A stretch of 64,000 bases of DNA, from positions 187,612,001 through 187,676,000 of the forward strand of contig OZ024743.1 in NCBI GenBank assembly GCA_964016885.1. Reading direction: 5' to 3'. Position numbers and translations under genes: made by a program. Under the pieces are notes generated by a model. That model saw only the letters and a list, made by a program, of their open reading frames with translations. It did not search any database and was not told the DNA's origin. This DNA comes from Eledone cirrhosa. Its lineage: Eukaryota. Below are positions 25,101 to 39,263 of the stretch, in pieces (the stretch's first letter is position 1; each line of letters opens with the position of its first letter).

Positions 25101-27099
25101 CCTATATCAGAAATCAATACAGTAAAATTAATAACATTCAGATTTGCAGATTTGCAGTATATTGGGAGATTATACTTATGAATAAACTCTACACTTGTGA
25201 ATAAATAATCACCATGTAACTATATTTTTCAGATTTGCAAAGTTTAAAAGTTCAAAGTTGTTAGTAGAATGTAAATACGGTGAGATCATATAAACGATAA
25301 TTACTCTATGTCATATGCAGAGTAACATCAATTTCTAATTCTAAATTAGAATGCTTAATGTGATTCAAAAGGCAAAATGTCAATGTATATATAGAGTGTA
25401 TGGCAATGGGGTGATGAATGAATTATGTGCAGAAGGTGTTGCAGAGATAGCTTTACTAAATTGATCTTATTTAGTTTGAATATAAACAGAAAGGAGGTAC
25501 TTCATATCATAAGGTCAGCACATATTGAATAGTTGACTAAAAACAAATTATCTAGGAAAGTCATTTGACAAGTAGTGCTTATCTTTTGCTCTATAACCAT
25601 AAACGTTTGACAGGAAAACATATATTTATATAGAATAACTTGTGATTATTTTTATCATTATCATCATTGATTTATTTCCCCAGTTTTTAAATATGAGCTA
25701 CACATTTCGGTAAACCACATATTTCTATACATGGCCATGCTGGTGACATGACTAAAAACACGCAGTTTACCCTGTTAGGTAGTCATTTTGGTGTCATTAT
25801 AAAAAGCAACAAGTCCACACTGTAATATGGTTGATATTAGGAAGTTGCATCCAGCTGTAGAAACCAAGTCAAAATGCAGATCTGTATTAGCCTAACATGA
25901 TTTCCAGACCTGATTTGTTTCATAACCTGACAACCTGTCTAACCCATGAAAGCATGGAAAATGGACATTCAATGATGATGATGATCCATTATTCCTAGGA
26001 ACTGTCTCTTATATTTCATCTACCATCAGAAACATTAAGCATTACATCAGGATATACTCAGTATATATAATCCATTCATATTTCATATTTTCACCAGTAC
26101 ATCGGTTTTTCCTGCACACCATGAATTCGTCTCAAAGAGCACATACAGTTCCTTTCATATCCTTTGCAGATCATATGCATTTATGGTCACAATTCACTTC
26201 TACATTGCATCACACTATGACACTATTTATCATTGGTACAGATAGAGAACCCCTTTGCTAATAACCTTTTGCGACAGTATAAAATTCTATGATATAAAGC
26301 TTCTTGCTTTAAAGTGTTTGTATTTAAATTTGAAACTTCCATCATAATTTCATGTAGAATCGATTTTGCTAGGTTATGTATAAAATGCTAGGTTATGTAT
26401 AAAATGCTAGCTTAATAATGAAACTGTTAGTTGTTTCATTAAATTCTTCCAAATTCTTTATTATCTTCAAATTTAATTGTAACAGCCAATACTTTCTCTA
26501 ATAATTATGCATTCAGTAGATCTAACAAAAACATAAAACAAAACAAAGTTAATATCAATGAAAGTATTTAACTTCAACCAATATATATAAGCAGCATATA
26601 ATTTTGAGGGTAAATGTATTAAGATAATATTAATGTTTCTTTGCAGAATTCATCACAGAAAGTGGATTCAAACTTAATAAAATTTATGCAACAGCCAGTG
26701 GAAAAAAAACATGATAATTTCAAGGAAAAAACAAAAGCAACATTCACATATTTTTATTATGAATTCTATGAATTCTATTAAACCCTTTTATAAAATCTTT
26801 GTAGTTTGAGAGAAATAACCCTTTTGGATATTTGGTAATGAGTTAAGGGAATATTAAATAGAAGGCAACACAGGTTTTTAATGAACTAGGTAAGTTTATC
26901 TCATCAGGTTTATGGCTTTCTAAAAATTTACTAAGGCTAAATTATCAAAGCATTGGTTATATTTGAAATTATTAGATGTAGTATTCCGAAATGCTGAGAA
27001 TAACTAACCACAGTCGATTGTTATAAGCAATAGCTTAGAAAATTAGGTAAAATACCCCTATAGATGGAAATAAAGTGGCCAGCTGTTGCTACAAAGAAT

Positions 27100-29450
27100 C
27101 GAAAATTGGAGTTTGATTCTTTGTAACCACTTTTTTAAGGTATTGTTTACAACAGTTATTTTCTGTATTTGGGATTCCTGCATATTCTGAGAATTTACTA
27201 AGGATATTCAGATAAAACATATATTCTTTGGTCAACTGGAAGCTAAATTCATTGTTCATTCCCAGAATGCAAATCCAATGGATTAGCAAATTAGTTAAGT
27301 GACAATTGATGTGGGTAATCATGAACAATTTATGATGGGACATTCTGAAGCAGGCAGTTGAAGTTGAATTGAAAGGATTTAATGAGAAAAATAGTTTTGA
27401 GAAAGAGCTAGTGAGGAAATTAGAAAAGAAATTGGGTCTAACATCTAAGTGGTGCAAAATGTCCTCAATCATTTTTTCAATACAACATATGAATGTTGTG
27501 ATGTCAGAGCTAAGGTATGAGCTTTTAGAAAAAGACCAGTGTGGAGATGTATCATGGCATCAAGTATAATTTGTATTTTGTTGAGCAAAGACAGATGAGT
27601 ACTGTTCAATTCACGGCAAGTTGTATGCAGTTGTTTTTTGGAACTGTACCCAAATGTCTAGGGTAGGTGGTGCTGAACCAGATGTAATTGTGGAATTTAG
27701 TGCCTACCAGGATGATATGCTGCAGCTCTTGGTACAAGGCATAAAGAACCTTTTACCGAAGCTGAGATACAGCCAAAGAAATTGGTTTTGCAATGGACAA
27801 ATGACATTGTTTAGATAGGCTGCTCAACAAATGTTACAGGTATATGCCAGGCCTGCTCAATCCAGTCATTTCAGCTGTTTATCATAACTCGTAGTAGTCT
27901 GAGAACATTCAGAGATGTATGGGCTGGAGAGGGGTCACACTTTTGAGAAAAAACACGAGGAAGGGAGATATTATAGATCATTTCCATCACATAAATCTGT
28001 AGATTGCAGCTTGTGTTGTACATTGTAGAGAGGGTTGGTAACAAATTGCCTTCAGAAAGGTTCTGATAGATTTAGATAAATCGGAAGCTTTTGATAGGCT
28101 CAGTCATTGGTACTTGGTTGTTTATCTGAATGCTGATGGTTTTAGTCTCATTTGCATTAGCTTGGTGATCAGACAAGAAGGCCATCTATCTATCATTAGA
28201 AATCATCATCATTTCATTTTACGTCCGCTTTTTCCCTGCTTGCAACGGTGGGACGGGAACTGATGCTGGCTTGATTTCTACAGCTGGATGCCCTTCCTAA
28301 CACCAACCTCATTTAGAGTGAGTGCTGGGTGCTTTTTTTTCCGTGGCACCTCCACGACCACTTTGCAGTGGAATGATAGGGACCCCAGTCTCTATCATCT
28401 CATTTCTACAGCTGAGTAAACTGGAGCAATGTGAAATAAAGTGTCTTGCTTAAGGAAACAACACATCACCCGGTCTGAGAATTGAACTCACAACCTTTTG
28501 CTTGCAAGACCAATGCTCTAACCACTAAGCCATGTGCCTCCATGTTTTTAATTATATGCTCAGTCATTCAAGAGTGTCCTCTCCCATCTATTCTCTATAT
28601 ACTGACTCTTGAGCCACTTCTAAACAAGTGGCAGTAAGATCCATGATGAGACACTAAATCAATGATCCAGTTAAATTGCATAGGATTTAGTTTTTTAGAA
28701 CCTCCAGGCCAATAGGAGAATAGGTAAATGTGTACATCACTTTCATCATATTTTACTGCCTGACTATCATGCTCTGTGCCAGTGTTCATCTGACCAGACT
28801 GCAGCATCTCCCTTTTAGTTTCTTGCTGATGGGCACATTCCAATTTTCAGGAAGGGCATTAACTGTTAACATATTTTAACCAGAGTGTTAGGTTACATTA
28901 TCTACAGTGATCCCTAAATAGTGAGCAGCTATGGTCACTGTTTGTCAGGCACACCTTTCTACAACTCATTACTTTGATGAAGTTGCAGTTTTGGGGTTAA
29001 GAGGGTGTTTAGCTTTTGAAATGTTGTTGCATGCTCACATACATCGACCATTCAGGTGGAACTTCAATATTTGCATTCTATAGAAGACTGATTATTATGT
29101 AGTGTGACAGCATTTTTGTGAAAGCAAAAGTTAACTGGCTGGTCTGTTCCAGAGAACTTTCTGTCAGAGAAAGTGCTTGAGTGGGTATGAATTAACTTCC
29201 AGAAAACCATGGCTTTACAGTACTACCATTATCTTAAATATTGTCAGTTTAAGATAAATTCTACATACCTAGAAGTACCATCAACCATGCATGTTTGATT
29301 TGTGCAGTTTTGTTGAAGAGCTATTGAATAGATCTGGCTATTGTCTGAGTCCACCATGAGTTCATTATATATTGATATTACTAAAGTTTCAAACCATAAT
29401 TTGTCTCTCTCCATCTTACTGCAATGGTATTAAAATTGTTTTAATTTGAT
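27100..29450 (-). mobile_element. Highly decayed non-LTR element, interrupted by a SINE
   Basis: YLGITVD-like RT C-terminal motif on minus near 28900-28925 within coding-like decayed sequence. Limits uncertain. Confidence 0.3.
28202..28542 (-). mobile_element. Full-length SINE family B
   Basis: Reverse complement of 43591-43938, including the RTE-type tail. Confidence 0.88.
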
Positions 29451-29581
29451 TTGTCCTTCAGAATTATATTTAACAAATACTTCTGTCAAAACCAATCTAT
29501 TATGCCAGTGAAAACTTACATTGATGTTTAAATCAGATAACTTAATTTTAGAAAGATGATGACATGCTACATTTTATATTA

Positions 29582-30160
29582 CTAGCAGAAAAACCACCCT
29601 TCGGGTGGTTTTCTTCTAGCATATGTAGTGTGTATATTGATATGATATGCAATTATATATACATGTAGATATGATACATCAAATAAAATCGTAATTGGTA
29701 ATATAAACAGAAATTGAACGAAGACGTTGTTACACTGTTTTATGTAATCAGTAACGTAATCCATCAAGTGCAACTTTGAAAAGAAGTCAATTTTAAATTA
29801 TTTATTTTTACGAAATTATTTTTGTTTACGAAATTTAGTAGATAAATTATGTAATATTCATTCATTATTTATTCAAAGGGTGGTGGATTGGCAGTATCGG
29901 TAGAGGGTCGGATGTCATGCTTTGACGCATAGAGTTATGGCCCTTGCCATTCTGAGTTCAAATCCCGCCGAGGTCAACTTTGCCTTTCATCCTTACGGGG
30001 TCGATAAAATAAAGTACCAGTAATGTACTGGGTAATTGCTGGCCTTGTGCCAAAAGTAGAAAAAATTATTTATTCAAAGTAATCCAACTTATTTTACCAG
30101 CGGGATAAAAAAAAATAAACGGTACATAGTCCCACAGACCTTTCTTTATTATAGTTTAGA
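29582..30160 (-). mobile_element. Non-autonomous Helitron with nested SINE A (29879-30064)
   Basis: Minus strand A|TCTAAACTATAATAAAG start; end hairpin agaaaaccacc-cgaag-ggtggttttct then CTAG|T. The SINE is flanked by a 15-bp TSD attatttattcaaag. The same 3' end appears truncated at ~8925 and ~10334. Confidence 0.78.
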
Positions 30161-30257
30161 TGTAGATAGCTGAAATATTAGTATAGTAGAGTGGTTAATT
30201 GAAAATAATACTGATCAGAATTTACATTGTAAATCGGATCCTCCTCCTCCTCCTCCC

Positions 30258-30610
30258 CTTGTTCTTGTTCTTGTTCTTGTTCTTGTTCTTGTTCTTGTTC
30301 TTGTTCTTCTTCTTCTTCTTCTTTCACTTATTTATGGGAGAGTTGTAGGAGCAAACTCCTTAAGCACACCTTTCAGCAGGTCCTGTCAGAAGTATCCCTC
30401 TCCAATTAATCTGACTGTATCCCCAAGAGAGATCAGATGAGCATGTTATCAACTCATTTTCCTTGCGGTTTCTCCCTAGGACTCCTGCCACCAGGTTTTG
30501 CCCATAAAATTTGTCCAGGGATTTTTTCCTGAGACATTCTAACTACATATCTGTAATGTCGGAGCTGGGATCTCTCAATTCGAAGAAGTATCAGCTCTTC
30601 TTTCTGATCA
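30258..30610 (-). mobile_element. RTE LINE 3' end with (AAG)n/(AAGAAC)n tail
   Basis: Minus translation LLRIERSQLRHY.YVVRMSQE.IP.QILWAKPGGRSPR; simple-repeat tail at 30258-30322. Confidence 0.75.
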
Positions 30611-31329
30611 GGATCAGTCTAGGCATGAGATGTTGTAGGCTCTGAACAATCATCCTGGAGGCAGGCAATGCAGCGAGGTCTCTCCAAGTTTGAAGAGACA
30701 TTTGCCTAACAGTCAGAGGTGAAATAACAAAGGAGGACGTTCCCAAGAAGTCTGACAGACAGACCATGATCAGACTTTGTGCAAAGTGTAGGAGAGACAG
30801 CCATTCTTGAATAGGCCTGTCAAGCCACAGCTGACACTGCACCATAAGTAGCATATTGTGCTCACGATCTTGAGTGTACAGAAACGTGTACACATATGCA
30901 CACATTAAAATTCATATATAAATTTGAGCGACTTCTGTCCATCACACAATATGTGTGTGTTTGTGTGAATGTATGTGTGTGTAAGAGGAAGGAAGTGGAT
31001 GGTGAAAAAACTATAGCAAAACAGCTGCTGGCGTTCCATATGCAACACTGTGTGTGAGTGTATATGTATGTGTATGTGTGTGTAAATGTATGTGTGTATG
31101 TGTTTCTGTGAATGTGTATTTTTTTAAGTGTGTCTCTGTGTGTTTATATATATATATATATGTACTAGATTTATTCTCAACAGCATGTTGTGAAAGATTC
31201 TAATATATAATAACTTCAAAGACACATACACAAAAGTATACACATATGCACACGCAAAACACAAAACTCCATGCTATCTTGAGACTGACAGATGCCTAAA
31301 TATATAAAATATGTGAGTTCAATTGCCAT

Positions 31330-31798
31330 TGGAGATACCTTTGAACTACATTCTATCAAAAACAGGTCGTAGTGATTCATCTCTATGTTCTTTTGGTGAC
31401 TCTCAAGAAACTCTTTGGCACTATTTTTTCAAATGTAGAAACTATCAGTGTGAGGGAGAGAGGACATACTGAAACCAATCTTTTAAAAACTACCAAGACT
31501 GGAAGTTCAGTATTATGATTAAATGTCTACCAAATATAAACAAAATCTTTGAGTACAAGGAAGATATGAAAAAATTCAACAATAGAAACTTCTAGCTGTT
31601 TCACAGCTTCCCTTATTTCTTATTTTCTTTTTCTTCTTCCTTTTCCTATGCATAATCTGCCTCAATATTGGCCTTCAATATTTGAATTTTTTTTTCTTTT
31701 TAAATTATTTGTTTCACTCGCTCATTTTGATTATCAACTGTAAGGAGTACTTAATACTTCCCCTAGTGTGTCATGGCTTACTAGCTCAATATGGACAT

Positions 31799-31838
<40 letters not shown>

Positions 31839-31840
31839 AA
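31330..31840 (+). mobile_element. I-group-like LINE 3' end with CCHC knuckle remnant and (TAAA)n tail
   Basis: LNYILSKTGRSDSSLC..GDSQETLWHYFFKC..Y; the 3' UTR (aatacttcccctagt..gtcatgg.ttactagctc.atatggac) is shared with 55020-55460. Confidence 0.65.
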
Positions 31841-32749
31841 CAAATACATTCTCTCTTAACTCTTATTATTTCTATTGAAGCAGTGAAAGATTGGTTTGTG
31901 TGCTTTGGTTTAATGGCTATTGTAACCATCCAGCATATATCAGATGTATAGTTCAATTCGTTCTCACATCTGTACAAGGTTTTAGAGTAATTTACCTAAC
32001 TGTCTTTAGAGTAATTTACCTAACTTGTTCAATTATCTTATAGTTAATATATGAATAGTGACAGGTTTTCATAAAAATAAATAACATTAACATTCTCAAG
32101 CTGTACATTTATATGTATTTAGTAGTGTCTAGTCTGCGATTATCTTAGTAGTTTGTGAAAACTTGTATCTTACATAGCCTCTTAGTAAGTAGCAGTAACA
32201 GCTAAACTGTTAGCGATACAATAAAAAAAAAAAAAAGATTAAGAATTCATAAACCCCCAACACATAATTTTGGAATTTATCGATATCTCTGTGGTGCTAC
32301 AGGCAGCTGAATATAATTCATTTGAGGCAGGCTATTTAACACTATGATATTAAAAATGGATTCGTCTATTATAAGTTCTGCACATGTATATCCATTTTTA
32401 GATTATCAAGCCATTCCGATAAGTTTTGACAAATACCAGACTGCTTCAGTTTACTAACATCTAATTACTAATATGGATATGAAATTTAAACTTTCCTTGC
32501 ACAAGCTTGTGATCCATGTCACATTATACACTATGCATCACATGTACATTACACACATCACTGAGATCATGTTTACAGATGATGATAAAATCAAATGTGT
32601 TCCCATGATTTGATCTCAACCCATGCTAGCGTGGAAGATGGACGTTAAACGAAGAGGATGATGATGATGATGATGATGAGTCTATGTAATTTTGTGGTTA
32701 AGTTTATGTTTGAGGAAAGTGTTGCAAATAGTCAAATTTAGTTCTGGGC

Positions 32750-33290
32750 AACGTTCAAGTAGCTTTAGACCATTTTCATTCACTTTACCAATGCATGCTG
32801 GCCAATAACATTCCAAGTCTCAGAGTCATTGCCAACACAGGCATTGAAGTCACCAAGAGGTATTAGCTTATCATCATTCAATAGGGAAGAAATGACAGTA
32901 TGAAGGCTTTCATAGAAAGATAAACAGTTTTATCATTGGCTGGAGCATAAACTGAAACGATTGTTACATAATATCTGTGCAAGAGTGTAATATGTAACTT
33001 CATTAGATGATCAGTATCTCTAGATGGGCACTGCTGTTTTGATAGTAAAACCAATCCAGAAAAGTGTATATCTTGAAGATATTTTAGTCAATTGATCTTC
33101 ACCTGTCAGATTTATTTCTGAGGGAGCTGCAATATCTAAGTTCCTTAGTTACAAATGCAGTTATTCTTTCTGACCAGTTTGATGAATTCTAGTCCCAAAG
33201 TGTTCTAACAGGGTGCCATACACTGGCTTGTAGACTTGTGGGAAAAGAACATGTAATTAGTGTTCCAAACAGAACATTAGAAGGGAACAA
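32750..33290 (-). pseudogene. RTE (BovB-like) apurinic endonuclease remnant
   Basis: Minus: ERITA....ELDIAA.SE..LTGEDQL....YTLFW.G and DFNACVGND..W..IG.H. Confidence 0.72.
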
Positions 33291-34029
33291 AAAAAAACAT
33301 GTGAACATTGCAGAGTGAACCTCTGCATCAGCTGTTCTAGTACATATCATCCTGAACATTTCCAGCATTTGATATAAGCAAACTTCCAGGTGTATATATA
33401 TGTTGAGATGGGCATGTTAAATAACTATTGATTTTCACTAATCAACTTAGAGAACTAGTGTCAAAACATCATAATGTTATTTAGAGAGGTAATCAGTGAC
33501 AGCAATGGCAGCAAGCCATCAGGGAATAAAGAGTTAAACTTTGCAATCACATGAGACTTACCATTAAAAATACTCTGTCTTCTGGAAGTCACAATTATCT
33601 CAGAAAAATTTGCTTTTTTTATGTAGTTACTCCATTATACCATAATAGGACGTCTTATGATTTTAATTATTTCAATTTTGTCAGACTCAGCTTTGAAAAC
33701 ACCATCAAGGACAATCATTGAAGCTGTTGAAAGAATCTTGCAGCTCCTGTTTTTATACATGGTCAATTTTAAGTTGGTAATTCAAGAAATGGGTATCCTG
33801 ATATCACAGCCCCACAGAGCAAAACCAAATATATTTATTTTGTGTGTTTGGAAGGAACAAATATTTGAAGAGCTTTCACTGTAATACCAACTTCAAAGAA
33901 AATCACAGGGATCTGAAATCATTACCCATAATCCATATTGAAAACTCAACATTACTGCATATTATCGCTTAGACTTCTTCAATACAAAGTGCAGGTATCA
34001 ATACATGTATATATATATATATTATTATT

Positions 34030-34584
34030 ATTATTATACTTGGGGAGGGTCATATTGTTGTAATAATATTGCCAGAAATAATAACAGAACACACTCACTG
34101 TTTGGTTGGTTTTCACTTCTGTATCTTTTATATCTCCATAGTTAATTTATTTGGCAATCAATGTTTATCATTGACTGACTAAAAATACAGATACAAATAT
34201 ATATATATAGTCTAACAAAGTTCTTTCGTTGCAACATCATCAGTGGTACTATTATCATGTTTCCTCCTATTGTGTTGTGTTTATGCCATTTTTATTTTCA
34301 ACTAAAAATGGCGTAAACACAGCACAATAAGAGGAAACAGGATAATAGTACCACTGATGATGTTGGAGATGTGTAATGAAAGAACCTTTTTAGACCATAT
34401 ATATATATATTTATATCTGTATTTTTAACCGTTGGTCAGTCAATGATAAACATTGATTACCAAATAAATTAACTATGGAGATATAAAAGATACAGAAGTA
34501 AAAACCAGCCAAACAGTGAGTGTGTTCTGTTATTGTTTCTGGCAATATTATTACAAAAATATGACCCTCTGCAAGTATAACAAT
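34030..34584. repeat. ~265-bp-arm fold-back palindrome with a hammerhead core in each arm
   Basis: Arms are reverse complements around an 8-bp spacer (34295-34302). CTGATGA...GAAA at 34354-34381 (+) and 34224-34243 (-). Stem III and stem I are not intact. Confidence 0.88.
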
Positions 34585-35305
34585 ATGTTTCGACACTAGA
34601 TTTCATATAAAAAACGCCGCAAAACAAATTCATCGCCGTCATTATATATATATATATATACATCACAGCATTTAATTGCAGTAGCAGATGGTGATTGCAC
34701 CTTTCATAATCAATTGAGTTTAATTGCAGTGTCTAACAACAGAATGTTTTAAGTCTGCATGTCTGTCATATATGCGTAGCTTGTGAATAAAAATTCAAGG
34801 GGTTTCGCTGGCCGTGGTGATCCCTGCCAAACATCTTTTGTAATGTATCGTCTTATTGGCTAATCAACCAATGAGAGTAATTGTTACTCAAAAGCATCCG
34901 CCACTTTGTTTGCACGTTTATTTATCGTTTTGCTTTCGAATCTTCCTCTTGTATTTCGTCGTTTATCATCAAAATATTTTTCTCGTTTTGGTAAGTTATA
35001 TTGTTAATTTATATATGATTTTTTAAATTTATATTAACTATTTTTTTTTTCAGTTCGTTATAACATGCTCATAATATTGGTTGTATCATATTTACTTGTA
35101 TATTTGTCCCTATTATTTTTCGTTTTATGTTAGATTATTTTATTATTATTATGTTAGATTATTTTTTTTATTATTATGTTAGACTATTTCTATGTAATAT
35201 TTAATTTTTATTAATTCAACTATAACAATTATTATGTAAAATATTTATTTAATATTGATTGTTTTTTGTAGTTGTTTATATTAAAAGTCTGAAAATATTT
35301 TAATA

Positions 35306-35550
35306 CATATTTCACATTGCTCCAGTTTACTCAGCTGTAGAAATGAGATGATAGGGACTGGGGACCATATCATTCCACTGCAAAGTGGTCGTGGAAGTGT
35401 CACGGCAAAAGAGCACACAGCACTCACTGTAAATGAGGTTGGTGTTAGGAAGGGCATCCAGCTGTAGAAATGAGGCCAGCATCAGTTCCTGTCCCACCCT
35501 TGCAAGCAGGGAAAAGCAGACGTAAAATGAAATGACGATGATGATGATGA
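35306..35550 (+). mobile_element. 5'-truncated SINE family B
   Basis: Core plus 3' part and (GAT)n tail. Confidence 0.85.
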
Positions 35551-35684
35551 CATCTTACAATAATATTTATAAGATCATTTATAAAATAACAATTACATTA
35601 CAAATCTAATTACATTACAACGATAATTTATTATTAATATATTTAACTAGAGTTATTACAAGCGTTACCTTAAAAAAATATTAA

Positions 35685-36126
35685 ACTAGACCTGAAAAAT
35701 GCGCAAGCTCAAAAGAGCCACAGAATGTTATAATAAACCTTCAAAAGTGTGGGACTATAGTTGTTGCTCCAAAATATTGTAATCATTATCTATCGTACAC
35801 TCTGTGGCATCCTTTTATAAAAAAGAGACTCATAACGAACTCAAGACGACACAATAATTATTTAAGTGAATTTATAATATAGAATTTAAGTGCATTTCGT
35901 ATTAATCAATACTAAACATCTAATATGAGATATTGAACATTAGCTTAAATAATTATTGTGTCGTCTTGAGTTCGTTATGAGTCTTTTTTTTATAAAAGGA
36001 TGCCAGAAGAGTGTACGATGGATAATGATTACAATATTTTTGAGCAACAACTTTAGTCCCACACTTTTGAAGGTTTATTATAACATTCTGTGGCTCTTTT
36101 GAGCTTGCGCATTTTTCAGGTCTAGT
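35685..36126. repeat. Inverted repeat with ~182-bp arms and a 77-bp spacer
   Basis: 35685-35866 is the reverse complement of 35944-36126 with few mismatches. Outer ends are ACTAG...CTAGT. Confidence 0.9.
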
Positions 36127-37741
36127 ATATATATACACACATGGTGTACATGAATATCGTGCTCCTCTTGTTAACCTTGAAAGCTTGAATGGGCAGATAA
36201 AATGCTATTTTGTTGTTTTTTGGTATTGTTTGTTGAGAGAACATCTTTCCTTCTTAGCTTACTATATATTGTCTCTTTTTATGTCCATGAAATGCCATTT
36301 GCCTGCACATGTTATGTCCCCTACTTAAGAATTTATTACTAGGATGTTTGGGTAACATGTTGGAGAAGGAGCTTCTTATAAGGTTCTATGCCACTTTTCC
36401 AAATTTGGTTAAAAGCAGAAGCCTCTTCTCAAAGTGCTGCCAATTTGACTCAGTAGTTTGATTGACATAATATCTCTGATGACCAATGGGATTGTCACTA
36501 GTTGGCAACTTCAACATTAAGCTCTTCAGTGTTGTAGACAAAATAACTCGTCCTAACATTTATGCCTTCCAGTGCCAAGGATGAGATAACTCGTTTCCAA
36601 CAGTACATAACTTCATTTTACTAAAAAATCCCCAGCACAGCAACTGTTGCTGTGAAAAATATATGCGACAGTCAACAGGATAATGGATTTCATATTCACT
36701 TAGTGATTTTTTTATTTTGTTGTTCTCATAGATGTTGTTTGGGGATAAAAAGATCAGTTAAATGAACAAATGCTCACTTGAAACATCTGAAATTTCTGTC
36801 CTTAAACCATCAAACACAAATATATTGCCTTTTGGCTCTTTATGTGGAGTGTATCTAGGATCTCTGTCATCACACTTACCTTGAAAGATAGGTTCAGTAT
36901 AAGTGAGTATTCATATGTATGTTGGTTCATATTTACCAGCTCCACATATTATTTCAGAGAGGTGACAACAAACCAAGAGTTACTTACTATTGGCATTGCT
37001 TTAGTTCGCTTCTTAATTAATTGTTTTTCTTTATGATAAGTCACAACGATATATATCTCAGATACTCATAAGACAGAAACATTTTCCTTAGCATCTTATT
37101 CTTGATTAGATAACTAGTCTTATTTCTTTTCTAATTTCTTCAAAATCTCATCTTGGCAGATTGTCAAAGCACCTTGTGCAAACGTAACATTTGTTTTCTT
37201 CATTTTCTTTCTCTGTTAGGATTTTGGAAATGTAATACTATTCTAAATATTGATATATTGCCAAATTTTCAGGAAATTTTTCATGAATTAAATTTAATTC
37301 TAACTGTATGCAAGAAGCTACAGAATTTGCAAATGTGTTTGTACTCAAAGAGACTATTTTTTGTTACCATTTACATTTTCATTATTACGGAAATTGGCAT
37401 CGTTGAGTATTTTCTGCCAGTCATTCTTTTCAGTTATTATGCTACACATTGTTCATTCACTCACATGGCTTCTATATAGTTATTCAAAGATTTGGTAGTA
37501 ACAATTAGACTATGCTTTGCTGTTTCATTTCATTATACTACTGTGTTGTCTTTATTGTTAGATGTATAGTTATTTTCTATTATGTTTATGATGTTACTCT
37601 CTATGTTTAATATATATATAAGTTATAGCCAGTATTGTTTGTAATATTAACAATAGAAAACACTATTATAGGAGATGCTCAACATAAATCAGCTGAGATC
37701 AATTTCCTCATGCAACACTCCACTTTTTCCTTCACTAGTTG

Positions 37742-38090
<349 letters not shown>

Positions 38091-38237
38091 GCTAAAATGA
38101 TATATATGCAAAAGTTCTATTTAAATTGTTGGGATACAACAAGCAAATATTTTTATAACTGATATAAAGCACTCAACAAGTATTTGGACTAAACATACGA
38201 TATTAACAAATGGAAACTATATTTTAAAAACCATATT

Positions 38238-38302
38238 TATTTTATTATACATATTTCAAGGACACCACGTTAAATTATGGTGTGCTTTCATCAGACAAAA
38301 TA
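38238..38302 (-). ncRNA. Type I hammerhead ribozyme motif
   Basis: Minus: tattttgt CTGATGA aagcacaccat..gtggtgtcctt GAAA tatgta TA ataaaata; 8-bp stem I, ~10-bp stem II. Confidence 0.72.
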
Positions 38303-38439
38303 CAATATAGATCAGTTTTATAAATAAATATTGACATACACTTAAAAAATGCAATCATGATATATATATATTTATGGTCAATGTATATTTGACACTTCAA
38401 GGCTTGCAAGTGTTTTTTAAGCTTCATATCATGTCTCCT

Positions 38440-38510
38440 TATTTTATCTGATGAGAATGCAAATATCATCCCATGATGATATTTGTTTTTGAAATGCGCA
38501 TAATAAAATA
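38440..38510 (+). ncRNA. Type I hammerhead ribozyme motif with palindromic stem-loop III
   Basis: tattttat CTGATGA gaat-gcaaatatcatc ccat gatgatatttgt-tttt GAAA tgcgca TA ataaaata. Confidence 0.78.
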
Positions 38511-39263
38511 CATGGAACTCTTTTAACCATCTTTTGATTTTATATTATATATATATATAATTTATGGTCAATGTATATGTATGTATATATATATATATAT
38601 TTACAGTCATGCAGCTTCTGAAGGAGTTGCATACATCATTTTGGGCGCATTTTAAGCCTGACGGAGCAGATTTCTTGCAGATAGCGATTATGAGTGAGAG
38701 AGAAAAAGATATGGAGGAGGCAGAATCAGCTTCAGTATTTGACTGCTACTTATTTCATCGATCTCAAAAAGGATGAAATGTGAGGTTAACCTTGGTGAGA
38801 TTTGAACTCAGAGAGAAGAGAGCCAGAACAAATACTGCAAAGCATTCTATCCCATATTCAAATAATTCTGTCAATTATATATACGTATATGCACGTGCAC
38901 ATTATATCATATTATTGAAATTAATTTTTGTTGCTACTCTGAGTTTCATACATTACCTCTGATCACACAACGGGAAATAATTTTTACATGACACAGTATA
39001 TATGGTAAATATATTGGATGTGGCCAATATAATAGTTATCGAGATGGGACCGACAGTTTAAAAAAATATTTTTTAGTAAATAAATGTTAAAATATTCTAA
39101 AAAAAAACAAAAAAACTATATTCATAATACCACACACACACTTAAAACTACTCATCCACACATATGTATACACACATATGTATACATACATATTTATCTT
39201 CATCACCATTACCATTCGGCGTCTACTCTCATATACATATATATGTATGCACAGACACATACA

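Noticed and set aside
29588-29614. Strong hairpin followed by T-rich sequence, terminator-like
   Set aside because: Better explained as a Helitron 3' hairpin next to CTAG; the context is eukaryotic.
36130-37000. Coding-like decayed sequence
   Set aside because: No motif I could identify with confidence.
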